A DNA stretch of 61,367 bases, filler included, from Fonticula-like sp. SCN 57-25 (lineage: Eukaryota), in the NCBI GenBank assembly GCA_001724245.1. It is 6 parts of 6 records of this genome, joined end to end, with 100 filler letters (N's around TTAATTAATTAA, not from the genome) between each part and the next. Parts side by side here need not be neighbours in the genome. Positions count along the whole stretch, not along the records: positions 41,934 to 51,610 come from MEDX01000251.1; positions 51,711 to 61,367 come from MEDX01000252.1; 4 more parts are not named here. The stretch is one strand, 5' to 3'. The notes under the pieces are model-generated. The model worked only from the letters and a program-made list of their open reading frames with translations. It was not told the origin of the DNA and searched no databases. Numbering within the stretch: the stretch's first letter is position 1; every line of letters begins with the position of its first letter. Positions 47,631 to 60,152 of this stretch are shown here, in pieces. The position numbers were made by a program, and so were the translations under genes.

Positions 47631-49099
47631 CTATTGCGTCTCGCTGCGTTGCCGCTTGGCGAGCGGGGCGTCGTTCGTAGCGCCGTCAGCCTGGCGCTTT
47701 GCGGCTGTATCTTTGCTGTCCACCGCCTGCTCCTCCCCCTCCTCGTCCGATGACGCAAAGTGAACATGCTCGGCCTTAAGTGCCTTTCTCCTCTCCTTTC
47801 TATTCGCGCCACCCGCCGCAGGCGTCTGCTCCTCTGGCTCGCCGGCGCTCTTGCTCTTCTTCTTTTTCTTCTTCTTCTTCTTTTCCGTCGTTTCGGCGCT
47901 CGCGAGCTCAGCCACGGCGACCTTGGCCGCTGCCTCGCCCTCGCCCCCTCCCCTTTTCCGCTTCCTTGCCTCCTTTGCTTCTGCGATCTTTGCCCAGTAC
48001 GCGCGCTCCTCCGCTCCCCCAAGGACCCTCGCGGCCATAGCGCCCTTCTCGGCCTCCTTGGTGGCGGGGTCGCCGTCAAACCCGCGCGGCCTCTCCTTGA
48101 GCCGCGCAAGCAGTACGCGCGCCGCGCCCTCGTCCCGCATGCGCACAAGGCACTGCGTCGTCTTGCGCTTGTAGTCGACGTACTCGACCGCGCCCGGCGC
48201 CTCCGCCACCGCCTCGAGTACCTCCTTGATGCGTGCAGAGTTCGCGTCCGAGCTGATCCCTTCGACGCGCACAATCACATTCGGCGGCCAGTCGGGTGAA
48301 GATGGGGTCTCTGGCGTCACGGCGGGCTCGGCGCGCGTCTCGGCGGGCTCGCGCGGGCGCCGGTTCCGCTTGGCCTCACGCAGGTGCGCTAGATACTCTA
48401 CGTATTCGGCACGCAGATCAAGCCACCGCTGCCTGAGAAGGAAAGTACAAAAAAGAGTCGTCAGCGTCCACGTGAAAAGCTCACGCGCGCGTACTTTGTC
48501 ATGACGCGCAGGTGCTTGAGCTGGCGCGCGGCGCGCTGCTCCGCGGGCGGCACCGGGGCGGCGCCCTCTGTCTCTGCCTGGTCCGCGGCCTGGAGCCGAG
48601 CGATGCGCGCCAGCGCGCTTGCTGCCTCGGCGTCCGTCGCAAACTCCACAAAGCAAAACCCCTTGACAATCTGGCTGCCGGGGATGCGCGGCAGCGACAC
48701 GTACGCGACGCGGCCGACGCGCCCAAATAGCGCAGAGAGCGACTCGATGGTCGGGTTGCGAGGGAGGCTCTCGGCGTACAGCGTCCGCGAGTCAAACCCG
48801 CGCGGCTCGGGCAGCGGGGCAAGGCGGCGCACCGTCGCACCGTCATCGCTCACGGCCAGGCCGTCGACGTGGCGGAGCGCGGACGCCACGGTGGCGGCAT
48901 CCGACGTGTGCGCTGCCACGCGGTTGAAGCGCAGCAAGACCGAGACGGGCATGCTCAGATCAGCTGTGGCGCTCAGCTCGCGGCGGAGGAAGCGGTCTTT
49001 TGCAAGGTTGCTGTCGGAAAAGTAGAACGCGAGCTGCTCAGCAAGGGACGCCGACGCCAGCGGCGGATCGCGCTCGTCGGGCTCGCCCGTCGACGGCAT
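47631..49099 (-). CDS. LARP7: La-related protein 7 (La motif, RRM, xRRM)
   Basis: QLAFYFSDSNLAKDRFL, VAYVSLPR...KGFCFVEF, VEYVDY...EERAYWAKI. Confidence 0.85.
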
Positions 49100-49196
49100 C
49101 GTTCGAGTTTGCGCGGGCTCCAACAACGCACTGTCAGCAAATCGTATGATTGTGACAGGCCTGTGGCAGGCGAGACTTTGCTGATCACCCGCGACC

Positions 49197-50322
49197 ATGG
49201 CGGCGACGAACGAGCGTAATCAGGGTACGCCGGCCTTGTGCTAGCGCGGTGGGCTTGTTGACTGACGAATGCGGGCGACAGATGCGACTTGTTATGTTGG
49301 CAACTTGGACGAGAAGGCGTCAGAGGGGATTTTGTGGGAGCTTTTTCTGCAGTGCGGGCCGGTCGGTACGGATGCCCGTTTTTCTGCGGCGCAGTCTCAC
49401 ACTTTGATGGCCACAGTGAATGTATATATTCCAAAGGACCGCGTAACGTCACTTCACCAGGGCTTTGGTTTTGTCGAGTTTATTACAGAGGAGGATGCCG
49501 AGTACGCCACAAAGGTGCTCAATATGGTCAAGCTCTTCAACAAACCTCTGCGCGTCAACAAGGTGCGGCCTCCTCTTCCTGACTCTACCTCGCTTCACTC
49601 TACTTCTTTCGGCCTCTTTATTGCTCACACATGCGCTTGTCAATGCAGGCGTCGTCGGATCGCCACGTGTTTGATGTCGGTGCCAATCTGTTCATTGGCA
49701 ATCTCGATCCCGACGTTGATGAAAAGATGCTCTACGACACGTTCTCTGCGTTTGGCACGCTCACGCAGACGCCCTCCGTCGGCCGCGACATGGACAGCGG
49801 CCTTTCCAAGGGCTACGGCTTTGTGAGCTACGACAGCTTTGAGGCGGCCGACGCCGCGATTGAGTCGATGAACGGCCAGTTCATGCTGAACCGGCCGGTC
49901 GCCGTGTCGTACTCGTTCAAGAAGGACTCCAAGGGCGAGCGCCACGGGTCCGCCGCCGAGCGTCTCCTCGCCGCGCAGAACAAGAAGACGGCCGCCGTCG
50001 CGGCGGGCGTCCCTTTGCAGGCGGCGCGCCAGCCCGCCATGCAGCGTGCGTCCTGATGGCTATCATACTCTTCGCTGACTTTTCTCTAGGGCCGCCGCCG
50101 ATGCAGATGCCGCCGATGCAGGTGCCGCAGATGGGCATGGCCGCGCAGCAGCCGATGATGCCCGGCATGCTGCAGATGGCGCCGCCCGCCTTCGGGGGGA
50201 TGGTACCGGGCGCCGGCATGATCAACACGGCGGGCATGATGCCGTTCTACGGCGCAGGCATGCCGCAGAATCAGTTCCAGCAGGGGGGGTATCAGCAGCA
50301 GCCACCACCAACGCAGCGGTGA
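49197..50322 (+). CDS. SF3B4: Splicing factor 3B subunit 4 (spliced)
   Basis: [14 protein letters not shown]...[44 protein letters not shown]. Confidence 0.96.
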
Positions 50323-50543
50323 GGCGCATAAAAGCAAATTTCTTGTTTAATATAGTTTTGATTGTGCATAAAAGTTCATTGGAATTCACATTAGCACGGC
50401 GCTATGAGCACACTACCTTTCCTTTCCCGCACGTGCCATCAGCGCACTATTCTTTGCTGTTTTACTGTCAACTCTTTCTGCCCTTTCCATAACCATATAC
50501 TCTCATTTTCTTTCTACATTATCGCACTGTACACCGCCGCCCG

Positions 50544-51610
50544 TCACCTCCCACCCGCCGTCACGACCCGCAGCCCAACCATCGCGACGACCGCAGCCGC
50601 CACCGCCCTCTTCCACCACCACATGGTCGCATCCTCCTCGCCGCCCTCTTTCCCGCTGTGATGCGCTCCGTCATCGTCCTCCTCCCGCCCGCCGGGGTAG
50701 CGCGGAGCGTCATCGCCCCTCCTGAACGCGCGCGGCGTCTTGAGCGGTGACGCAAACGTCACCTCGGGCTGCCAGTCGCCAAAGAAGCGCGCGCCAACGC
50801 GCTCAATGTGCGCCTCGAGCGTCGAATATGACCGCAGCGCCGTCTTGAGCGGCATTTCAGGCAGCTCGAGGTACAGCGCCACCGCCACGTGCCCATAGAC
50901 GATGGCATCGAGCTCGTTGGGAGAGTCGCCGCCAAAGTACGGCGACGCGCCCAGACGTGCGGCGAGCGTTTCAAAGCATTCGGACGCGGTCGTCAGCGCA
51001 CGCGAGGGGAGCGCAGCCAGCGGGGATACGTGGCGCGTGGGCGGCGGCGGGGGGGCCGATGTCGACGGCACCAGATGCTGCGTACGCGCGGCGACGTGCG
51101 ACTCTACGGCAGAAAGGATCGCGTGCCTGTACGGGAACGGGGCAAGAGACGAGAGGTAGCCGCGCATCACCTCGTAATTCTTCGGAGAGTTCCAAGCAGA
51201 GTGAAGCTGTGCGAGATCAGGGGGGATGCCGGCAGAGGTCAGCTACGACGACAAGGGTAAACAAGATGGGACGCACCCAGCAATCGTGGAGCGTCTCCTC
51301 AACAAGCGCGGAAAAGGCGCGGTCCGCTTCGAGGGACACATCTTCGGCGGTGCGCACAAGGTGACGCATCACGGAGAAAGGGCCGCTAAAGATCTTGTCG
51401 TCATCAAAGAGGACGGGGAGATGCACTAGCACAGACGAGGATTAGCGGCCGAGTTTGTCAGAGATGAAACGAACGAGAGGGGGATTGGAGCGGATTGCTG
51501 GACGGCGTCACAGTAAAATTGATCTGGCGGATGCGCAGCATCGTCTGCACGGCGAGGCAGTGCGGGTCGACCGACGCGAGCCGGCCATGCCCGCCCCAGC
51601 TGTACAACTG
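50544..51610 (-). CDS. MTX1: Metaxin-1/Sam37-like protein, 5'-truncated
   Basis: LYSWGGHGRLASVDPHCLAV, LGASPYFGGDSPNELDAIVYGH, C-terminal TM. Confidence 0.8.
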
Positions 51611-51710
51611 NNNNNNNNNNNNNNNNNNNNNNNNNNNNNNNNNNNNNNNNNNNNTTAATTAATTAANNNNNNNNNNNNNNNNNNNNNNNNNNNNNNNNNN
51701 NNNNNNNNNN
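51611..51710. other. Artificial contig linker
   Basis: N44-TTAATTAATTAA-N44. Confidence 0.98.
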
Positions 51711-52997
51711 GCATGCGATAGCCAAAAATCTCGCTCTGCTTCACGGCTCGCTTCTTCTCCGCGACAATGTGCTCCAGCAGTTCAGCCAGGTCGGCAACCT
51801 GACCACGCAGCTCGATGCCGGCGTTCGCCGCCTCTCTCTCGATGTTCACTATGTGTCTCAGCTGTCGCCTTCGCTGCGCCTCTGCCGCACCAACCTCGAC
51901 TATGCCAACCTGTGCTCGCTGATTGAGGTCGCGTACCCCGATGACCCGTGCAACAAGACCCTTGGCATGAACGACTATGGCATCCACACCGGCTGCACGG
52001 CCGAGTCGACCACGTGGCAGGCGGGCCTCGCCGAGATCAACGCGTGGCTCGTTGCTAACCCGACCCAGTTTGTCGTGCTCGAGATCCGCAACTTTGCCGA
52101 CGATGCGCCGGCCGGCGAGGTGCTCGGCGCCGTTGCCTCTGCCTTTGGCAGCCGCCTCTTCACCGAGGCCAAGCTTGCCTCGTTCCGCAGCACGCGCACT
52201 ACGACGTCGTGGCCCACCCGCTTCGAGGCCGTCGACGAGCTCAAGACCAACGTCGTCGCCTTTATCAGCAACGCGCACTCGCTCACCGGCGCCGCCGACG
52301 CCGTTCTCAACGTCACCCAGTCTATCATTGGTACGCATGCGCTTGTGCCACTGCTTTTAATTAAACTCTTTTTCTTTCAGTGAACGACGCTCGCAACTTT
52401 ACTTCCTACATGGGCACGTGCCCGAACAACCTCGGCAGCTTTGAGTCGTACAAGGAGGACGCCACGTTCTTTGTCTTTACGATGCTTGGCTACAACCTCG
52501 TCCGCGACGGCCGCACGGACACTGGCGTGCTGACCGAGACCAAGGCGCAGCAGATCACTGACTGCGCTATGTCGGCGTGCTTTGACCTCATCTCGGACGC
52601 CAAGCTGCGCACCGTGACCTGGTCGTGGGCGGAGAACAACTACCTCTACTCGTGCTCGGTCGACCACACGTGCGTGTACGTGACGCAGGACGGCTGGAAG
52701 AACGGCCTCTGCGAGAACATTGTCAAGGCATGCGTCAACGAGACGAACCGCGTCGACTGGGTCGCCGCCGGCACGTGCCCCGACGGTTACAAGAACGACC
52801 ACCCGCGCAACGCGCTCGAGGCCAAGGCCGCGCGCTTCCTCGTGTCGCAGGGCGGCCTCTCGCGCATGAAGCTCGACATTGTCGCCGAGTACGACCCGGA
52901 GCGCGCCTATTGCCGCGATAGCTCGAGCGCGCGCACCGTCGTGTCGTCCGTCGTCGCCATCGCCGCCGTCGCCATCGCCGCCTTCTTCACGGCCTAA
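51711..52997 (+). CDS. PI-PLC X-domain-like phosphodiesterase with Cys-rich C-domain and GPI/TM-like tail, 5'-truncated
   Basis: QLDAGVRRLSLDVH, EINAWLVANPTQFVVL, WSWAEN, hydrophobic C-terminus. Confidence 0.75.
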
Positions 52998-53232
52998 TTG
53001 ACCCTGTTTTTGTTTTCTGTGCTGGCAACCTTGTGATATTTCTATTTTCTGTCGTGTGCTGGACACCGTTTTGTACCTGACAAGCCGGGCGCCCGCCCTT
53101 CACCTGTAGTTTAATTGATATCAGCCCGAGGCGGTGCCTCGCTGTCCTATCAGTGTCTCAATATTAGCCTTCCGCCATTATTATTGATACACGTTCCGAT
53201 ATTATACAAATACACGCTGGGGGCGGCGGCGA

Positions 53233-54573
53233 TTACGCACCCAGCTTGAGCTGCTTCTGCATCCGCGAAATGTCCTGCATGGCTGCGAGCGCTTTTAGGA
53301 CGCGCTGCCTCGCGGCGGTGAGGTCGGGCTGCAAAAAGTGGACGCCCGTGAGCGTGAGCACGACGAGCTCGTCCAGACCGTCGCCCGTCACGTCGCACGA
53401 CCGGAGCTGGTAGAGCGGCGCCACAAACGCCCGACGCGCGACGAGCTCGTACTCGCGCGCCGCCGCAGCTGCGGGCTTGTATACGAGCAGCTCCTGCCCG
53501 TATGTGCCGACAAAGATCTCGGGCGCGCCAGCACCGTGGCCGTGGGCGACGTGGCCGCACACGACAATGTCGAACGCGTCAGAGTGCGGGAGCCGCGAGC
53601 ACGCCGCCAGGCCCTCTCGGCGCACGTCGTGGTACACAAAGGCGCCATCGAGCGCCGACCCAACCAGGAGGTGCAACTGCTGCGGCTGCTGCGGCTCGTC
53701 TATTTTAAGATACGGCGCGAGCGAGGCGGGCACCGCAAAGTCGTCCCGCGTGTCGGAAAAGAATGATACAAATGATATTGTCCCGTCGAGGACGACGCTG
53801 AGCGTGGTGGCATCCGCGTCGGCCGCCTCTACGGGTATGCTGATGAGCGTGAGCGTGCCGTCTTGCCCGCCGAGCGCGATGAGCCGCCCGCCATCTTCCG
53901 TGCTATGGAGCGCGAGGCACGTCGTCTTGGACGGCGGAAGGCGGTCTAGTGCGGGAAAGTGGTCCGCAATTGGCTGCTCAAAGAACTCGTGCGACGCGCG
54001 GTCCTCGCGGTACAGATGAAGCCGCCCGTCGCTCCCGCTCGCCACAAAGGCCATCGAGATCTCTCCTGTAAGAGCATCGGTCACCGCCATGTGCGTCAGC
54101 TGGAAGGGCGCGTAGCCAATTGAGATCGGCTGGCAGTCGCTCGCGAGTGCGGCGAGATCAAAGGGGCGCTTCTTCTTGCCCGACGCCGCGATCGACGCGC
54201 CGTACACATTTAGGAAAAAGACATCGGGCTGATTGGCTACCGACTTTACTAGCGTCACGCCCACAATAAACATGCCGTCGCGCTGAAACGAGTCAATGGA
54301 AATAACCTCGGCGTCCAGCGGGATGTAGTTGAAGGCAATCTCCTGCGTCGACCAGCGGCTGTCAGAGACGCTCACGCACACAACCTTGATGTTGTCCGTC
54401 GAGTGCGTCCCAACCAAAAAGTGCGTCGTGCGCTTGCCATCCGCCGCAACATCCTCGATTATCGTGAGGCCGTACAAATTCGTGCGCGCCTGAAGGCGAC
54501 AGGCGTGAACCTCCTGGTACGCAAAGTCGCTCGCCAGATCCCGCGGCAGCTGCGCACCGCCCTGGACCGACAT
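53233..54573 (-). CDS. KPTN: Kaptin (KICSTOR subunit)
   Basis: [52 protein letters not shown]. Confidence 0.9.
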   Translation of the reverse strand: MSVQGGAQLPRDLASDFAYQEVHACRLQARTNLYGLTIIEDVAADGKRTTHFLVGTHSTDNIKVVCVSVSDSRWSTQEIAFNYIPLDAEVISIDSFQRDGMFIVGVTLVKSVANQPDVFFLNVYGASIAASGKKKRPFDLAALASDCQPISIGYAPFQLTHMAVTDALTGEISMAFVASGSDGRLHLYREDRASHEFFEQPIADHFPALDRLPPSKTTCLALHSTEDGGRLIALGGQDGTLTLISIPVEAADADATTLSVVLDGTISFVSFFSDTRDDFAVPASLAPYLKIDEPQQPQQLHLLVGSALDGAFVYHDVRREGLAACSRLPHSDAFDIVVCGHVAHGHGAGAPEIFVGTYGQELLVYKPAAAAAREYELVARRAFVAPLYQLRSCDVTGDGLDELVVLTLTGVHFLQPDLTAARQRVLKALAAMQDISRMQKQLKLGA

Positions 54574-54704
54574 GCCTGGAAGGGGCAGGAATATGGCGGG
54601 AAGGATCCGTCGCGAAATGCAGCGTAAATCGTCTCACGATTCTGAGACGATTTCGCGCTCGTGGCCGGTCTGCAGGGCGACGAACCAAGAGCCGAACCGC
54701 CGCC

Positions 54705-55031
54705 ATGATTATTCCCGTGCGCTGCTTCACGTGCGGCAAGGTCGTCGGCAACAAGTGGGAGCAGTTCCTTACGCTCCTCGCCAACTACGACGAAAAGTAC
54801 GTTTTTTTTCCTTTTTTTGGCGCAGAGATCGAATGGCGCTGACCAACCGTGCCATCTTTCAGCGAGTGCCTCAATGCCGTCGGCCTTACGCGGTACTGCT
54901 GCCGCCGCATGCTTCTGACGCACGTGGATCTCATCGAGAAGCTGTTGCAGTACAACGGTGCGCATTTCCTATGCGGCGCAGTTCTTTGCTTACCCCATGT
55001 TTCAGTTCTCGAGCGCCGCCGCACTGTATAA
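54705..55031 (+). CDS. RPB10: RNA polymerase common subunit RPB10 (3 exons)
   Basis: [18 protein letters not shown]...[19 protein letters not shown]. Confidence 0.97.
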
Positions 55032-55216
55032 CATGGCCCCGAGGTTGGTGCGCGTGGCGTTGGACCGCGCGTCCGAGCAGTGTGCACTTGTTCACTCAAA
55101 AATATCCCCTTTGTTTTCGCATTTCTCTTGTACAGGACAACAATAACAACTATAATTATATTATTTTGCATATTTGTTATCACCTATGATTGACGACTAT
55201 CCTTCCCTCCTCCTCT

Positions 55217-57424
55217 CTATACGACGGGGATGGTAGTGAGGCGCGCGAGGTCGCAGTCGGCCTGCACGACCTGAATCGCCTGGTGGAACTCGAGCCAGTC
55301 GCGCGCGTCCTTGAGCCAGTCGCTCGCGACGTGGTGCGCCCAGCCGGGAAGCTGGTTCATTTCGCGCGTGGCGCTGTCGACATCGCCAATGTCCAAGTAG
55401 TAGTTTGCCCTCGAAAGAATCGCTGCAGCCACATGGTTAGCAACGGAAAAGCACAGGCACAGAAAGTCGAAAAAGAGGCAAAACGAGGCAAAAAAGCGGC
55501 GAAAACATGCGAAAAGAACCCAAAAAGCAAATCGTTCTTCCAAAAGCGTACATTCGACGTCGGTTCCAGCGACGAGGCCGGTCGGATGGCGTGAGAGGAA
55601 GGAAAGCCCGTACGAGAGCATGTGAGAAAGCAGCCCCCCGTTTGGCCCGACGTACGCGGCCTGCCTGACGGGCGCCTTTAGTCCGTTGAACCGCTCGACG
55701 AGCTGGTCCATCGTGGGAATGCCGCGCGCGGCAATGTCGTGCGAGATTGCGTCGATGGCGGTGACGCCGAGGGACGAGTTGGCGCGCATGAGCGCCTTTG
55801 TAAGCTTGTCCTTTTCGACCTGGAAAGGCGCGCCGGTCGTGGCGGCGTGCTGCATGCACTCGAGGACGAGCGCGACGTCGCGTATCGTCTTGAGGTGGTT
55901 GAGCTCGCTGAGCTTTTGGCGGGCGATACCCTCAATCTCCTTGAGGACGCGCTGCAGGCGCAGCACCTCGGCGGTGCGGCGCATGCGCTCCTCCGACATC
56001 TTGAGCGTCGAGCGCCGCTCGTGGTACGAGATAATCTCCTTCTCCTTGCTCGCTACAGCCGCCGACAGCTTGGCGTCAAACTCGTGCTCGAGGCGCGCGC
56101 GGTCCTTGGCGAGCACCCGCTCGTTCGTGCGGCGCACATTGTCGAGCTCGGCCGCCATCTCGCGCAGCTTTTCAACAGACACCTTCTCCTGCACGGCCAG
56201 GTCGTGCTTCAGGATCGCCTCCTGCGACTGCAGGCGCGCAAGCTCGCGCTCGAGGTCGGCCACGTGCGACTTGGCAGCTTCCAGCCACGCCTCGGGCGTG
56301 CTCGTCGACGCAGAGTCAATAAGACCGGTGAGCGTGCTCATGTCGGCGGGCGGCGCAGCAGGGGTGGCAGCATCGGGGCGCGACACGGACGAGCCGGCGC
56401 GGCGGCGGGGGGCCGCGTCCGACACGGTGACAGTCACCGAAGTCTGCTGCTCGGCAGGCGTCGACTCGACAACGGCCTCCTTGGCCTCCTTGGCCTCTTC
56501 CTTGACGTCCTCCTTGACCTCCTTGACGTCCTCCTTGACCTCTTCCTTGGCCTCCTCCTTGGGCGACTCTGCGCTCGCGGCCGGCGGCGTAGGGAGGTCG
56601 AGAATGAGCGGCTTGGCCATGGGCGACGCCGGCTCCGGCTCGGACACGATCATGACGGGCTCGTCAGACTGCCACGCCGAGGCGAGCTGCTCGTCGGCCT
56701 TGGTCGGCGCGGCGGCGGGCGTCGGCGCCGACTCGTGCTCGGTCACATTGGGCGCCAGCGTCGGCGAGCCGCTTTCTGTCGAGTCAACAGAGTCGGGCAT
56801 CACCGTCTTGTGAAGCGACTCGGCAAGCGAGCCTTCGCTTGAGGCGTCGGCATCAGCGGCATCGTCGCTCGATTCGGGTTCGACCACGATGGGGGTGGGA
56901 GGGGGCACAAGCGGGCGATCGCCGAGCGAAGGCTCCGCAGATTCGCGCGACGCATCGCCGCGGCCAAAGTAGTAGTACGCACCGAGAGCGCCGCCGGCGA
57001 CGGCAAGCGCGCCAAAGAGGTACGGAGTCGAGGATCCGCCCGACGAGCTCTTTGGCGCCGAAGATGATGGGCCGAACGGCGGCGACGGCGGCTGAGGGGG
57101 AGACGGGGGCTTAGGGGGCGACGGCGGCGGCGGCGGGGCAACGGGGGAGGTGCGCTTCGCCACAACCTGAAGCGGCTCTGTGTCGCTGCGCGCGCTGATC
57201 TCTTGGACGACGCTCGGCTTGGAGGAAGGCGCGGACGCCGATCCAGCGGCGGATTGCGGCGCGGCGGTCGGGTTCACTGGAACGATGCGGGGGGGCTTAA
57301 TAACATTCTGCGGGCGGCTTCCTCCCGACGAGGGGGAGGAGAGCGCGCGGCGCGAAAAGGCCACGACCGAGGTCTCGGACGTGCCTGGCCGCCGCAAGGC
57401 CGCCGACAACCCGACACGAAGCAT
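55217..57424 (-). CDS. MIC60: MICOS subunit Mic60/mitofilin
   Basis: Presequence, TM, coiled coil, ILSRANYYLDIGDVDSATREMNQLPGW...DWLKDAR. Confidence 0.9.
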   Translation of the reverse strand: MLRVGLSAALRRPGTSETSVVAFSRRALSSPSSGGSRPQNVIKPPRIVPVNPTAAPQSAAGSASAPSSKPSVVQEISARSDTEPLQVVAKRTSPVAPPPPPSPPKPPSPPQPPSPPFGPSSSAPKSSSGGSSTPYLFGALAVAGGALGAYYYFGRGDASRESAEPSLGDRPLVPPPTPIVVEPESSDDAADADASSEGSLAESLHKTVMPDSVDSTESGSPTLAPNVTEHESAPTPAAAPTKADEQLASAWQSDEPVMIVSEPEPASPMAKPLILDLPTPPAASAESPKEEAKEEVKEDVKEVKEDVKEEAKEAKEAVVESTPAEQQTSVTVTVSDAAPRRRAGSSVSRPDAATPAAPPADMSTLTGLIDSASTSTPEAWLEAAKSHVADLERELARLQSQEAILKHDLAVQEKVSVEKLREMAAELDNVRRTNERVLAKDRARLEHEFDAKLSAAVASKEKEIISYHERRSTLKMSEERMRRTAEVLRLQRVLKEIEGIARQKLSELNHLKTIRDVALVLECMQHAATTGAPFQVEKDKLTKALMRANSSLGVTAIDAISHDIAARGIPTMDQLVERFNGLKAPVRQAAYVGPNGGLLSHMLSYGLSFLSRHPTGLVAGTDVECTLLEERFAFWVLFACFRRFFASFCLFFDFLCLCFSVANHVAAAILSRANYYLDIGDVDSATREMNQLPGWAHHVASDWLKDARDWLEFHQAIQVVQADCDLARLTTIPVV

Positions 57425-57638
57425 CGCAGGCAAACTGATATGGTGAAAATATCAAGATCCATCGTGAAAGTAGCGGGCCGTCAAGCAAATAATGCCAGAA
57501 GAGCAGAATAAGGAATGAAACATGGAATTTACATAGGATATCAAGAATACATACACGTGGTGTCGTATATCTAATTCAATTTTATGGTATTTCAAAGGCA
57601 GCTGTATACATGAAAAGTCTATTTGTACAATGCAAAAC

Positions 57639-59656
57639 TCAGAATGAAGTGTGCCGCCTGACCCAGCGAGCGACGCGGCGCGCGTCCAGCACCCACCTGT
57701 CAAACGACCCGTTGTCTGCCGCAAGCTGGATTGCGGGCATGAGTGCAATGAGGAGCAGCACGAGGCCCAGCAGCACAAGCAGCGGGAGCAGGCTGTACAT
57801 CGACTCGACCATATCCGGCGCTGCGCACACACAGTCAGCATCACCACAAAAAAGGTTACAATGAACGCACTCAGGTGACGGAAGCGCAGCCGAATCTCGA
57901 GGTCGTCTTCCGTCAAGTCCGTGTCGGCGCCACCAATCGGCGCCGTCCTTTCCATCGCACCCTTGCCGACATCCGCCGACGCGCCCGCCGCCCCAGCGTC
58001 CGCGGCGAACGAATGGTCCGCCTCGAGCTCGGCCACAATGCCCTGGACCTCGCGCAGCACCGCCGCCGTGTCGAGCTCGTCCACCGCCAAAGTCGGCGGA
58101 GGAAGGGACGGCGGCGCCTCGGGCTGGGCGTCGGTCGCCTTGGCGCGCAAATCAATCACGGTCGCGTCGGGCGAGAGCGTCGCGTCCAGCATGCTGACGT
58201 CGTCAGCAGCGTCGGTGATCGTGTCGGCCGCAGTCGATTCGCTCAACGTGGTCGCAGTAGTCAACTCGCTCGTCTCGGCCGCAGAATCGGCAATTGGCTC
58301 GGTCTGCGTGGCCTCATTCTCGGTATTCGATTCATTCGTCTCAGTCTTCTCGGCATTCGACTCGGCCGGTGCGTCGTCGTAGATATCCCACGAGGCGGCG
58401 GCGTCACTTGACTGTGCTTCATAAATATCCCACGTGGAGGCTGCGTCGCTTGCCTGCGGCACGAGGGTGTCGTCGTGCACCTCCTCGTCGGGCTCGCCAA
58501 ACACGGCGCCGCGGTAGACGTGCATGTCGTCCACGCTGTCGTCGTGCAAAACAGATGTCGACGGCACCAGGTGGTCAACCACGTGGTCAGAGGGGAGCGT
58601 GCTAAAGTACAAATCGGCCGTGCCGCTGTTGGCGGACCGCTTTCCGCCGCCCGTGCGCGACTTTCCGCGCCGCTCCTTTTTCCCGCGTGGCGTCGACTTT
58701 GCCGGTGTTGACTTTGCCGGTGTCGGCTCTGCCGTGCGCTCCGCCGGCCCCGCGGCCTCCTCCCGCTCGACCTCGTTCTTTTCAGGTGCCGCGCCGGCCA
58801 CAAGCTCGCCCTCGCCGTGCGCCCAGTGGCAGTACCGCCCGAAGGCGCAAAAGCCGCTCTCGGCAAAATCGGTACAAAGACGCGTCTTTGTCGCTGCCTC
58901 AGACCACGAGATGGGCCACGTAGACTCGGGCGGCGCACGCTGCTCGTCGGCCGAGTGCGCAAACCTGCAAGCGGCGCCGTAGCGGCAGTTGCGCTTCACA
59001 AGGTGCCCGCGGCACAGCTTTGCCTTGTAGGACGGGTCCACGCGCGGCTCACCAGCGCCGACGCGGTCACTGTCCGACACCAGGTGCGCGTCGTCATGAA
59101 CCTCGTCTTGGTCGGCCACTTCGGGATCGCGATCCTCGCGGCGCCACGCCACAAGATCATTGACATGCACACTGTGGCAAGCGCGTCGATGCGTAAGCAC
59201 TAAAATCATAACGAAAAAGGGGCGTACACGGCGCGCGACGGCGTCGACTGGGTAGAGGTGACGGCGGTTGCGACACTCCTCGGCGTGTCGTGCTGAAGCA
59301 GCTGCTTGAGACCGATTCCGCGCGGGAAAAGATCGCCCGAGGGAGGCGTCGCCGAGGCGCGCGAGATTTGCCGCGCAATCGGAGACGCAGTCATCTTGTC
59401 CTCTATTGAAACACAAGATGCAAGAAGAGAGGGAAGGGAAAGGGGAGATGCCATGCGGCCACAAAGACGTTAGTCGACCGCAGCCAAGTTCAAGAGATCT
59501 TTGCGACGTACGGCGAGCAAGGGTCTTGAGTAGAAGAGAGGCAGGGCTCCGCGCTACGCCCAAGCCGGACGTATGGACCGCGCGAAGGCTTAACCCTGAG
59601 CTGTTCATGGTCCCGGCCGGGGCGGGCCCCTTGGCCGGCGTAACTGGCGCCGACAT
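57639..59656 (-). CDS. Tandem CCCH zinc-finger protein with C-terminal TM helix (spliced; start uncertain)
   Basis: YKAKLCx8Cx5Cx3H and TKTRLCx8Cx5Cx3H; last exon LLPLLVLLGLVLLLIALMPAI. Confidence 0.75.
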
Positions 59657-60152
59657 CGCCTACGCGGAGCAAGTGGCTATGATCACGTGATGAAAAGATG
59701 CGTCAGCATTTACAGGTGTGCAATGAATGTTGCCGTTCCGTATATTGGAGGAAGTGGAATGCAAGCGTGGGGGTCTTGGTAGCAATATGCATGAATAGTA
59801 TCACATTTGCGTAAATTTCTGTTTTATTTGTGACACAATTTTTTGCACTCCTCAATTAATTTCGTACTTTTTAAGTACTCTATCCAGTCACATCACATTG
59901 CCTACTTGATGCTTATGTCGAGACGTGTATTATTTACAAATCAGCAAAAAGGGTGTTCGAGGCACAGAAAGCGGGCTATAATATAGGGCTTACTATCGAG
60001 TAGTCGGTTTGCTATCTTTCCAATTTATAATAGCAGTAATGGTGTCCGTGCGCGCCAAATTGTGACTTTAAACCACGATATCACGTGATCATAAACAAAG
60101 CAAACTAATTTGCACTTCTCTCGGGCACATTCCTTTCGCTGGGTGGGTCGTC

